A stretch of DNA of 64,000 nucleotides, from the NCBI GenBank assembly GCA_902563305.1, contig CACEWP010000002.1, positions 87,066-151,065 on the forward strand. The letters are read 5' to 3'. Positions within the stretch are counted from its first letter, which is position 1; the number at the start of each line of letters is the position of its first letter. The notes under the pieces are model-generated. The model was given only the letters and a program-made list of their open reading frames with translations. It was not told the DNA's origin and searched no databases. The stretch is from an uncultured Alphaproteobacteria bacterium (lineage in GTDB: Bacteria > Pseudomonadota > Alphaproteobacteria > Methylaequorales > Methylaequoraceae). The translations under genes were made by a program, and so were the position numbers. Shown piece by piece: positions 30,612 through 39,655 of the stretch.

Positions 30612-31570
30612 TTTTTGCTATCAAGAATAAACTTCCCAAATGCTCTTGGCCCACCAGAAGTTTGAATTCTTTTTAATATTTTAAAATCATTTAAGTCAAT
30701 AAGAATAATATTATCTTCAAACCAACACGCAACAACAATTAAATTTTGAATATAACTAATATCAATACCTTCAGGATATTCGCATATTTCTGATAAAGTT
30801 TTAACATTTTTTTTTTGGTTCATATCTATTACAGATATACTGTCGTCTCTTTGATTTGTGATATAAAGATGATTATTCTTTTTATTATGAATAGCAGAAT
30901 AGGGCCACTTTCTTACTTTTATGTTGTGAAGTCTCTCCAATTTAAATTTGTCAATAATTGATATAGAATTTGATTGAACATTTGTTACTACGATATAACT
31001 TAAATAGTCCTCAGAGTAAATTCCAAAAGGCGCTTTTTCAACTTTCACATTTTTTATTATGCTTAGAGTGTTTGTATCTATAACTGAGATGTTATTACTT
31101 TCTCTATTGGCAACAAAAAGTCTATTAATTTGATTATCAAAATAAATACCTGCAGGTGAATTACCAACACTAATTTTTTTTATAATTTTTTTTTTTTTTA
31201 AATCTACGACAGTAATTATATTATCATACCAATTGGATACAAATAAATTGTCATCTTTGGAGTTGACTGCAACTCCTAGAGGACTTGAACCTACATTAAC
31301 AAAATTATTTGAATTACCTATCAAATCAATAATTGAAACATTATTGCTTTCGGGATTTGAAACATAAATTTTATTTGATTGTTTGTCAATATAAATACCA
31401 GCTGGTCTCTTTCCAACACTTATTTCTTTGATTTTTTTTTGGGTTGTTAAATCTATTACGTCAAGTTTATTACTCTCTTGATTTGTTATGAATGCCAACT
31501 CTTTTGAGTTAGAATAAGTGAATAAACTCAAAATCAGAGACAAAAGTGAAATCAAATTAATCTTTTTCAA
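30608..31570 (-). CDS. Exported YVTN/YncE beta-propeller (MxaE-like)
   Basis: Signal peptide; repeats AFITNQ / YVSNP / FVSNW / FVANR / YITNQ with VG..P.G; ends GPRAFG.F; follows an MxaD-like gene. Confidence 0.8.
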   Translation of the reverse strand: MKKINLISLLSLILSLFTYSNSKELAFITNQESNKLDVIDLTTQKKIKEISVGKRPAGIYIDKQSNKIYVSNPESNNVSIIDLIGNSNNFVNVGSSPLGVAVNSKDDNLFVSNWYDNIITVVDLKKKKIIKKISVGNSPAGIYFDNQINRLFVANRESNNISVIDTNTLSIIKNVKVEKAPFGIYSEDYLSYIVVTNVQSNSISIIDKFKLERLHNIKVRKWPYSAIHNKKNNHLYITNQRDDSISVIDMNQKKNVKTLSEICEYPEGIDISYIQNLIVVACWFEDNIILIDLNDFKILKRIQTSGGPRAFGKFILDSKK

Positions 31571-32087
31571 TAATTTCCTTGAGACCTTTTAAATTTTCTG
31601 AAATGAAGGCTTGAACCTTTTTTTTTGAATTTTCGTCGTTCAATTCAGATGGAGGATCATTTCCCATAAATCCTCTATAGAAACCGCTTTTGTATTGGAC
31701 AATAGTTTTATTATCATCTGACTTTACAAAAACTTTTGCTGAATAACTATTGACAGGTAAAACTTTATTATCAGTTTCGATTATTCTCCAACTTATCATA
31801 TACTTATTTTTATCAATTTTTTCTAATTTCTGTTTAACGCTCTCACCAGATTTAAAATTTAGTATTCTCTCTGAGCCTACATTGGACCCCTGGGCTTTAA
31901 TATTTTTTATATTTTTGTTCCAATTAAAACTTTTGAAGTTACTAACAATTTTCCAAACTTCTTCCAAAGTCCCATTTATTTCAATAGACTCTGAAACTTT
32001 TTGCCTAGAGGGGCCATGAGCATAAGACGAATGAAAAGATAATAATATAATGAAAAAAATAAGAGATTTTGTAAATTTTTTTAACAT
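31557..32087 (-). CDS. Exported SRPBCC-family protein (MxaD-like)
   Basis: Signal peptide then AHGPSRQKVSESIEI, VW..V.NF, LPVNSYS, FYRGF.GNDPP.ELND. Confidence 0.8.
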   Translation of the reverse strand: MLKKFTKSLIFFIILLSFHSSYAHGPSRQKVSESIEINGTLEEVWKIVSNFKSFNWNKNIKNIKAQGSNVGSERILNFKSGESVKQKLEKIDKNKYMISWRIIETDNKVLPVNSYSAKVFVKSDDNKTIVQYKSGFYRGFMGNDPPSELNDENSKKKVQAFISENLKGLKEIIEKD

Positions 32088-32101
32088 AACTTCCTTTATA
32101 A

Positions 32102-32296
32102 TTATAATATCCTATATTTATTTTTATCTTCTAATACTGATAATGCAACTAAGATTTCGGAATTTTCATCTTTAACATCTGCAATGACCGCATGGATATT
32201 TCCTGAAATTGTTTTTAATCTTTTAACTTTATATTTTATTCTATTAAGTTTTTTATCTGAAACTTTCTCTATTATTTTATCTATTAAAACTTCCAT
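32102..32296 (-). CDS. Small hypothetical protein
   Basis: 64 aa ATG ORF filling the gap at the head of the minus-strand operon; no family recognised. Confidence 0.5.
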   Translation of the reverse strand: MEVLIDKIIEKVSDKKLNRIKYKVKRLKTISGNIHAVIADVKDENSEILVALSVLEDKNKYRIL

Positions 32297-32350
32297 AAAA
32301 AACTTAACTAATCTAGACTATAAAAATAATAACTCAAATACTAAATTACC

Positions 32351-34840
32351 ATGAATATTCTTTTAAATGTTATCTTAAATAAGCCTAGGACAACTATTTT
32401 GATATTTCTAATTATTTCTTTAACATCAATCATATTCATAACTCAAAATCTTAAAATTAATACTTCAACTGATTCGCTAATAAGTAACAAACTTGAGTTC
32501 AAAAAAAATCAAAAATTATTAAAAGAATCTTTTAAAGTTCTAAATAATAATATTTTGATCAGACTAGTTGGCCGAGAAGGGGATAAATTAATTCTCAATA
32601 GCCAAAATTTAATTTATCAATTAAAAAAAAATAAGGCAATTTCATTTGTATATTCACCAAACTTAGATGAAAATTTTAAAAATAATTTTTTCTTATTTTT
32701 AAATGATAATGATAAAGAACAATTAATTCAAAAACTATATGAATACCAGCCTTTTTTGTCACAGATCAATAATCATGAGGATAAACTTCAAGGATTCAAT
32801 AAATTATTAGAGCTTTCTTTAAGATCAGACTCAAGAGAGGAATTAGATGATTTTACTAAAGTATTTCAGACATTTAGTAAGTCTTTAAAATTACAAAGAA
32901 ATGTCGATTGGATGAATTTATTATCCTCTCAAAAAAATGAAACTTTTATACTATTTGGAATTAATCAAGATTATCTTGAAAAAAATGGATTCAGGAAAGT
33001 CTACAAATTTTTATTAGATTTGAAATCTAATTTTGATAGTTCAATTCAAATTGATTATACTGGAGGATTAATAATAGACTTTGAAGAGGTTGGCTCTGTT
33101 TCATCAGGTGCATTATACTCTGGGATATTAAGTTTTATATTGGTTGCAATACTTCTGTGGTTTGCCTTTAGGAATTTACTGCTTTTACTTTCAATTCTAA
33201 TTACAATCATAATTGGTTTAGTAGTTACTTTAGGCATCACAACAATAGTGATCGGTTCATTGAATTTAATTTCCGTTGCATTTGCAGTCTTGTTCATTGG
33301 GCTATCCGTAGATTATGGTATTCAAGTTTGTTCTAGAATCAATGAAAATAGGAATTTATTAAGTTGTAAAGACAGTAGAAATATTTCAGTTATTTCAAAA
33401 ACACTTTTAATTGCATCAGTGCCTTCGATAATTGGGTTTTTATCTTTTATACCTACAGACTATATAGGGTTATCAGAATTGGGTATTATTTCAGCTATAG
33501 GTCTTGTTGTAGGTCTAGTAGTAAATATTACGTTTTTACCCTGTTTACTATGTATAATTTTTAATAAAAGAGAATATAAGTTCGTTTCATCAAAGAACTC
33601 GGGTAAATTGTTAGAATTTTTTTTGAATAAAAGAAAAGTTATTTTGATTCTATTTTCGTTAATATTAATTTATTCAACATTTAATATAAATAAAATAAAT
33701 TTTGATGCAGATGCTTTGAATTTAAAAGATCAAAATTTGAAATCTGTTAAATTGGCTAAAGAGTTGATTGAGGAAAACCCTACATCAGACTATGTAATAT
33801 CATTAATTTTGGACAGCGAGAGTATAGAAAAGTTTGATGATTCACATCCAATTTTTAAGTCTGAACATGTTAGATCTTATTTTTCCTACAATAAAATTTT
33901 TGAAAAATATAGTTCTGATGATCTTGAATATTTAAAATTTTTATTACTGAAGAATAAAAATAATCAGATTTTAGAAAGAGATAACGAATTGAAAGTTTTC
34001 AAATCATTGCTTTTAACATATAGTGAGGGTGATTTTGGTGAGGTGTCAAATGAAGCTAGACATTTAAGTGAGAAAATTTCACTTCTTGAGAGAAAAGGTA
34101 TATCATCTATTCAAATAAAAGATCTTTTATTTGCAAATTTTGACGATTTAATTGATTTTATAAATAATTTAAATTCAATTCCAGAGAATTTCTCAAATCT
34201 TATTTCAGAAAATTTTGTTAAAAGATATATATCTAATAAAAACACTTTTAGAGTTGAGATCTTTCCTAATAAAGATTTATCAAATCCAAAAAATTTAAGA
34301 GACTTTGTGCTGACAGTTGAAAAATATTTCCCCGAGGCAACAGGTATGCCAGTTGTTCAATTTAAAGCAGGAGAGGTGGTTATAAATTCTTTTAAAAAGG
34401 CCTTAACTATTTCATTGTTATTTTTAATTATTTTTTTATTTTTTGTTTTAAAGAAAATTAAATATGTTTTACTTTGTCTTAGTTCTTTGATATCTGCTTT
34501 TATACTCACTATCTTTAGCTTAATTATATTTAAACTTAATTTGAACTTTGCTAACATGATTGCTTTGCCGTTATTATTTAGTTTAGGAATAAGTTACCCT
34601 ATCTATTTAATTAAGAGATTTCAAGAATTTGGTAATCTTGAAAGAATGTTTCTAACTAATACCCCTTTAGCAGTATTATTTAGTGGTTTAACTACAATAT
34701 TTTCATTTAGTACTTTATACCTATCAACGCATAGTGGTACATCATCAATGGGATTACTTTTATTTATTTGTTTGTTGAATACGATTATTACTAGTTTGAT
34801 TATTCTTCCAATTCTAATAAAGGTATTTAATATTAAATAA
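32351..34840 (+). CDS. hpnN: MMPL/RND transporter, HpnN (hopanoid transporter)-like
   Basis: INTST..LIS, SVAFAVLFIGLSVDYGIQ, F.PTDY.G.SELG.I, NFANMIALPLL, H.GTSSMG. Confidence 0.72.
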   Translation: MNILLNVILNKPRTTILIFLIISLTSIIFITQNLKINTSTDSLISNKLEFKKNQKLLKESFKVLNNNILIRLVGREGDKLILNSQNLIYQLKKNKAISFVYSPNLDENFKNNFFLFLNDNDKEQLIQKLYEYQPFLSQINNHEDKLQGFNKLLELSLRSDSREELDDFTKVFQTFSKSLKLQRNVDWMNLLSSQKNETFILFGINQDYLEKNGFRKVYKFLLDLKSNFDSSIQIDYTGGLIIDFEEVGSVSSGALYSGILSFILVAILLWFAFRNLLLLLSILITIIIGLVVTLGITTIVIGSLNLISVAFAVLFIGLSVDYGIQVCSRINENRNLLSCKDSRNISVISKTLLIASVPSIIGFLSFIPTDYIGLSELGIISAIGLVVGLVVNITFLPCLLCIIFNKREYKFVSSKNSGKLLEFFLNKRKVILILFSLILIYSTFNINKINFDADALNLKDQNLKSVKLAKELIEENPTSDYVISLILDSESIEKFDDSHPIFKSEHVRSYFSYNKIFEKYSSDDLEYLKFLLLKNKNNQILERDNELKVFKSLLLTYSEGDFGEVSNEARHLSEKISLLERKGISSIQIKDLLFANFDDLIDFINNLNSIPENFSNLISENFVKRYISNKNTFRVEIFPNKDLSNPKNLRDFVLTVEKYFPEATGMPVVQFKAGEVVINSFKKALTISLLFLIIFLFFVLKKIKYVLLCLSSLISAFILTIFSLIIFKLNLNFANMIALPLLFSLGISYPIYLIKRFQEFGNLERMFLTNTPLAVLFSGLTTIFSFSTLYLSTHSGTSSMGLLLFICLLNTIITSLIILPILIKVFNIK

Positions 34841-35297
34841 GAACCCAGTTTCCATCCTTATCCCTGCATGCAGTAGATTTTTCCTCAAATATCTCATCAT
34901 TTTTTTTTATAATCTTTTTAAAGTCTCTACAGCTTTTATTTCCTTGTTCAAAGTTGTTTAAAGGTATTACTTGTCCTGAAATTTTTTCATTTTCTGAACT
35001 AGTCCACGATTTTGATGAGTTATCAGCATTATTATTTAATGAATCCTCTATAATATTATTAAACTCCTCTTTTTCATTATCATTAAGAATTTGTACTATC
35101 TTTCCGCCGAGAATATACCCAGCTGCGCCTCCAAGTATTACTGAAAGATCCTTTGTGACACCATCACCAACTTTTGATCCCAGATAGCCACCAACTGCTG
35201 CACCTATTATTTGGCCGATAACTTTCTTATCATTTGTATTTTCACATGAAGATACAATCAAAAAAGAAGCGATTATAAAAATAAATGTTTTTTTCAT
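34833..35297 (-). CDS. Glycine-zipper lipoprotein, 17 kDa surface antigen family
   Basis: Lipobox IVSSC, GAAVGGYLGSKVGDG...GGAAGYILGG, CRDF, TACRDKDGNW. Confidence 0.88.
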   Translation of the reverse strand: MKKTFIFIIASFLIVSSCENTNDKKVIGQIIGAAVGGYLGSKVGDGVTKDLSVILGGAAGYILGGKIVQILNDNEKEEFNNIIEDSLNNNADNSSKSWTSSENEKISGQVIPLNNFEQGNKSCRDFKKIIKKNDEIFEEKSTACRDKDGNWVLI

Positions 35298-35311
35298 TAC
35301 TTAACTAAATA

Positions 35312-36631
35312 TTATAACTTTTCTTTTTTATCAAAACCACGAAAACATTTAAACCTTGGAAATCTAAGACTCCAATTTTCTCCATCTTGACTTTTACTTA
35401 TCGAATCCGCTTTTATTTCAATAATTCTGCCCACTAAATTATTTCTTTCTTTCCAAAAAATTTCTCTTTGTTCATCTGTGAATCCAGAGCCTATATTTAA
35501 TCTAAAAAACTTACCTTCATCAAAACCTTCTGCAATAAATGCACCTAATTTTCCAGAATTTCTTCCAGCTCCTTCTTCAAAATTAATTACTTCTAATGAC
35601 ACCTCAATTACTGGCTTTAATTTTAACCATGTTGTTGATCTTTTACATTCATAGAAAGATTGAGGGTCTTTAATCATTATTCCTTCATATCCGTTAACTA
35701 TTGATTGTTTGTTAAATATCTTAAAGGCCGATTCCCCTTCGTCAGTATCCAGGTTAATATACTTCTTTTCTATGATTTTTATTTTTTCAGATATTTTAAT
35801 ATTTTTATCAAACCATGCTTTTAATTCAACTGTTCTCTTGTAATATGATTTTTTGTATATCCCAGTCTTAAAATTTTCAAAGGGCAAAATATCAAATAAA
35901 TAAAGTACTGCATCAAGATTTTGAACAGTATTCTTTCTATGGATTTGTTTCATCAATTCTTGAAAGTTTTTACTTACTACCTCTCCATCAAGAACTAATG
36001 CTGATTCGATTGGATTTTTTTTAATGATTGTGGATATTTCCTCTTGAATATGATTAAAGTTAACCAATTCTTTTCCATTTCTACTAAATAAATCAACTTT
36101 TCCATTAGGGTAAAGAATTGATATGACTCTAACTCCATCTAGTTTTACTTCTATGAATTTTTTGCCTGTAAGCTTTTTTTTATGAGAATCAGAATCTTGA
36201 GCCAACTGACACGCAAAAACCGGTATTGTGTAATCGAGAAAGTTATTTTTTTTGGCAACATTATTGATAGTTTTTTCCGATACTCCGCATCTCATATCTT
36301 TTTGAAGGATTCTTTTATAAAAAAAATTCCATTCATCGGAATTTGATTTTTTCATTAATCTTATTATTTCATCTCTTGCAGCATGACCAGTAAGTTTCCT
36401 TGATATTAATTTTTTTGAAAGTAAGTCAAACTCTTCCCATGAAAGACCCTCTCCATCAGAATTAGACTCTGGAATTTTTTTAACTCCAAAAGTTAGGAGT
36501 TTATCGTAGGCTAATTTCATGCCACTAAAAAAAATATCATTATTATTTTTCATTTGAGCAAGGAGTATCTCTTCTTTTGATAGTCTAGAATTAGTTATTT
36601 CAAGGAGTTTTATTAATTTAAAGTTTTCCAT
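35312..36631 (-). CDS. Minimal ATP-dependent DNA ligase (phage-like / Prochlorococcus LigP-like)
   Basis: Motif I EVKLDGVR, III LDGE, IIIa FDIL, IV EGIMIK, V WLKLK, OB-fold GSGFTD and SLRFPRF; N-terminal LTGHAARD...KDMRCGVSEKT DNA-binding domain; no signal peptide. Confidence 0.92.
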   Translation of the reverse strand: MENFKLIKLLEITNSRLSKEEILLAQMKNNNDIFFSGMKLAYDKLLTFGVKKIPESNSDGEGLSWEEFDLLSKKLISRKLTGHAARDEIIRLMKKSNSDEWNFFYKRILQKDMRCGVSEKTINNVAKKNNFLDYTIPVFACQLAQDSDSHKKKLTGKKFIEVKLDGVRVISILYPNGKVDLFSRNGKELVNFNHIQEEISTIIKKNPIESALVLDGEVVSKNFQELMKQIHRKNTVQNLDAVLYLFDILPFENFKTGIYKKSYYKRTVELKAWFDKNIKISEKIKIIEKKYINLDTDEGESAFKIFNKQSIVNGYEGIMIKDPQSFYECKRSTTWLKLKPVIEVSLEVINFEEGAGRNSGKLGAFIAEGFDEGKFFRLNIGSGFTDEQREIFWKERNNLVGRIIEIKADSISKSQDGENWSLRFPRFKCFRGFDKKEKL

Positions 36632-37358
36632 CTATTATGTTTTGAATATTTATTTGATATCTGCAATACTTACAATTATTATTACTTGGTGGTACAATTT
36701 TATTATTTAAATTTTTAAATATTTTATCAAGTGTTGGTTCTATCCACGTTAAGTCTAATTTTCTTTCAAAAATTAGTAACTCAAAATCAATTTTTTTATT
36801 TTCGTTTGGAAGATTTTCTGAAGCATTTAAGTACACAAGGATACCAGTGGAACTTGTTTCTATAGAGTTTTTTATCAATAAATAAGAATATAAAGACAAT
36901 TGTTTCCAGTAACCTGGCCATATATTTTCAGAGCTAATATTTTTTCTTCGAGAAGTGCTTTTGATTATTACGGGAAAGTTTAATTTAGTACTCTCACACT
37001 GCCAAATATCATCTAAATGTGCTTTAATTTTAAAATTAGTTTTTTTATCTGTGTAATTAATACCTTTAAACGGATGATTCCAGTTTTCCAAAGACTCATT
37101 ATTACTAGGAATAAGGTTCTTATTAATCTTATTTGATTCAGGAAAAACTTTTTGACTAACTCTATATTTATTTAAAGTATTCTTAAATTGATTGACTATA
37201 AAATTGTTTATTACAAGAGGGGTTCCGTGTGGTCTTTTGATACCATGTTTTTGATCTAAGTAAAAACATCTATTGCAGTCAAAAAATAAATCAATTTTTG
37301 ATCTATTAATCGAAAACGGATTAAGATTGTTTTCTATATAAAGTTTTTTTTTCCACAT
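36618..37358 (-). CDS. PD-(D/E)XK (RecB/Cas4-like) family protein, catalytic motif degenerate
   Basis: RSKIDLF.DC.RCFYLD, LDDIW, VIIKSTS in place of VDYKxTS, QLSLY, C-terminal CKYC. Confidence 0.75.
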   Translation of the reverse strand: MWKKKLYIENNLNPFSINRSKIDLFFDCNRCFYLDQKHGIKRPHGTPLVINNFIVNQFKNTLNKYRVSQKVFPESNKINKNLIPSNNESLENWNHPFKGINYTDKKTNFKIKAHLDDIWQCESTKLNFPVIIKSTSRRKNISSENIWPGYWKQLSLYSYLLIKNSIETSSTGILVYLNASENLPNENKKIDFELLIFERKLDLTWIEPTLDKIFKNLNNKIVPPSNNNCKYCRYQINIQNIIDGKL

Positions 37359-37521
37359 GTGAGTAAATTTATATCAATTATCATTTTATTTTTATAATGC
37401 AAAATATACAGCAAAATGTTTTTGAAAGTTTTAATTAAAATATTAATTATCATTACAATGAAAAATTAATAAGCTTGCAAATTAAAATTGACAATTCTAT
37501 TTTTTTTGAAATTATCTTTTT

Positions 37522-37896
37522 ATGTACTTTTTATTAATTCTCTTAATACCTAAGTTATTATTATCTTTAGAATTAAATCTAATTTGTACTAATAATTATT
37601 CGTCTTTAAACGAGATTGATGTAAAAGATGTTTTTCTATTATTAGATTCAGATAGCAAAAAAATTAATTTAGGTGGGTTGTCTTTTATTGCTGATAAAAT
37701 TTCTATTACAAAATCTAATATATCATGGTCATCAAGCAATGTAGATATCTATCCTGATTCAGATGGTGATGTGTCTGGTATAATTGGGAGATATTCTGGT
37801 GAATTAGTTCTAAACTTTAAGAGGTATGATAATGATAGTGTTAATTCCTTGATTTTTGATTGTAGAAAATTTGAAATCAAAGAAAAAAAATTTTAG
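37522..37896 (+). CDS. Hypothetical exported protein
   Basis: Hydrophobic N-terminus, L.C near the start and C near the end; no family recognised. Confidence 0.55.
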   Translation: MYFLLILLIPKLLLSLELNLICTNNYSSLNEIDVKDVFLLLDSDSKKINLGGLSFIADKISITKSNISWSSSNVDIYPDSDGDVSGIIGRYSGELVLNFKRYDNDSVNSLIFDCRKFEIKEKKF

Positions 37897-38870
37897 TTTA
37901 AAAAAATTTTACTTTTATCAACAAACTTAGAAATTTGTTTAATGCACAATTCTGTCTTTTCATTTTTTTTCTCTTTTTCGAGATTTAATACTCTTTTAGA
38001 ATTTTCAAATTGTATAAAATAGTTATCAGGCCTTATTTTAGAGATTTTTTTTAAATAAGTTGAAGGCATTCTGAAATTCCCTAATGTTACCGAGTGAACT
38101 TTACCGATATCAATAGTTTTAAAAACTTTATTAAAAAAGGATATATATCTTTCATCCGAATCATTCCAGACGATGGGATCAAATCTTAGACCAACATACC
38201 ATTCGTTTTTTTGCAGAGTAGAAATTGCATTTAATCTCTTTAATAAACTTGGTGTTTTATCTTCAAAATTATTGATCACAAATTGAGGGTTGAGGCTAAA
38301 TGCAGGAATTACATTAGGAAGGGGTTTTCTTTTTTTTAGAACTTCTATATTAATACTTTTAGACCTTATTTCGAGAATTCCTTTATTCATTTTTTCAAAG
38401 TAATTTATAGATTTTTCAACAAAACGTGTTATTTTTTCAAGTGCTAAACTGTCACAATCGTAACCTGAAAAAAAACAAGTTGTATCTTGATTTTTTAAAA
38501 TGATTTTTTTTATTTTATTTAGGAAATCTTCATAATTAACAAATATAAGGTAGTTTGCTGAATTTAACATGCCTTGTAAATAACAGTATTTACAATCATA
38601 TAGACAATTAAACATATGTGAAAAATAATAATTATTTTTGTATCCTATTGAAAAGTCCTTAGGTGCTTCATGAACTAAATTACCATCTTTTTTTGCAAGG
38701 ATAAGTGATGGAAATTTTTTTTGAATTCTAAAATTTTGATTTGAGGGATTAAAAATCTCAGAGTAATGTTCACAATAAATTAAATTTTCATAGTTAATTC
38801 TTGAAATAATTTGCTTTGTATTTTTATGATCTTTTATTTTATCTTCAACATATATTGTTTTAATCTTCAT
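37893..38870 (-). CDS. Spore photoproduct lyase-like radical SAM protein
   Basis: NCLYDCKYCYLQGM (CxxxCxxC), FVNYEDF, SGYDCDSLALE, EIRSKS, GLRFDP. Confidence 0.85.
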   Translation of the reverse strand: MKIKTIYVEDKIKDHKNTKQIISRINYENLIYCEHYSEIFNPSNQNFRIQKKFPSLILAKKDGNLVHEAPKDFSIGYKNNYYFSHMFNCLYDCKYCYLQGMLNSANYLIFVNYEDFLNKIKKIILKNQDTTCFFSGYDCDSLALEKITRFVEKSINYFEKMNKGILEIRSKSINIEVLKKRKPLPNVIPAFSLNPQFVINNFEDKTPSLLKRLNAISTLQKNEWYVGLRFDPIVWNDSDERYISFFNKVFKTIDIGKVHSVTLGNFRMPSTYLKKISKIRPDNYFIQFENSKRVLNLEKEKKNEKTELCIKQISKFVDKSKIFLN

Positions 38871-39655
38871 AGTCTGAGAATATTTCTTATTTTTTTTATA
38901 TTATAATGACCACTTTCTTTAATATTGAAAATATTTTTTTCAATTGAAGTATATTTTGTAAAATACAGTTTTAGCAGAGATTTCATTTGTTTCTCCTCAG
39001 TAAAGGTGAAATTTTCTTTTTTAAACAATTTTAAAAATTCTTCATCTATAGATTTCTGGTTCTTATCAAAAATTGAAGTTTGAGTTTTTTTCATATGTTC
39101 AGAAAATTTAATTATTATTTTTTTATGTCGAATTATTAAATTATATATTTGCTCATTATTTTTAAAATCTACTGATTCGGAATGATTATCTGATATTATT
39201 TTTAAAACTTGTATAAATTCTTTTGAAGAAAATTTGTTACAAGCATTAAAAAATCCACTTGATTCCATTTCATATATTTTTGAGTTATATCGTTTATTCT
39301 CTTTTCCTATTGATATGCATTCATCTGAATCAATTTCAAAACTATTTACAAATGGGTAAATGTTTTGACGAGTCTCCTGGTCATGGATTTTTCTTATAGC
39401 AAAAATTTTACCTACTTTGTGAGATTTATGTCCTGCTAGACCTAAATTTATCCAACAATCATTAGTTTTTTGAGAGGTTTCATAAAAGGTTTGAATTACT
39501 CCAATAGCAGAATTAATTTTACCTATTCCTGTAATTGTTAAACTGATATCTTGGTTGCAGTAGATCTGAAGTTTGTTTGAATTTTTTTTCTTTAATTTAA
39601 ATAAGTCTATTAAAGGTCTCGCTTCAGAGTTAGTTGCAATGATGAAATGAATCAT
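38867..39655 (-). CDS. Nucleoside phosphorylase / MTA-SAH nucleosidase-like protein
   Basis: A..EARPLI, TGIGKINSA, INLGLAG, EMESSGF, LKIISD. Confidence 0.78.
   Translation of the reverse strand: MIHFIIATNSEARPLIDLFKLKKKNSNKLQIYCNQDISLTITGIGKINSAIGVIQTFYETSQKTNDCWINLGLAGHKSHKVGKIFAIRKIHDQETRQNIYPFVNSFEIDSDECISIGKENKRYNSKIYEMESSGFFNACNKFSSKEFIQVLKIISDNHSESVDFKNNEQIYNLIIRHKKIIIKFSEHMKKTQTSIFDKNQKSIDEEFLKLFKKENFTFTEEKQMKSLLKLYFTKYTSIEKNIFNIKESGHYNIKKIRNILRL

Noticed and set aside
37359..37521. Fur-like boxes (two AATTATCATT half-sites) between the nuclease-like gene and the hypothetical gene
   Set aside because: Only one half-site matches in each case; expected by chance in very AT-rich DNA
35312..37896. 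Prophage remnant or CRISPR adaptation module (phage-like ligase + Cas4-like gene)
   Set aside because: No structural, integrase, cas1/cas2 genes or repeat-spacer array anywhere in the window
37893..39655. hpnH/hpnG hopanoid pair (radical SAM + nucleosidase near hpnN)
   Set aside because: Radical SAM motifs (YCYLQGM, FVNYEDF, DSLALE) are SPL-like, not HpnH-like
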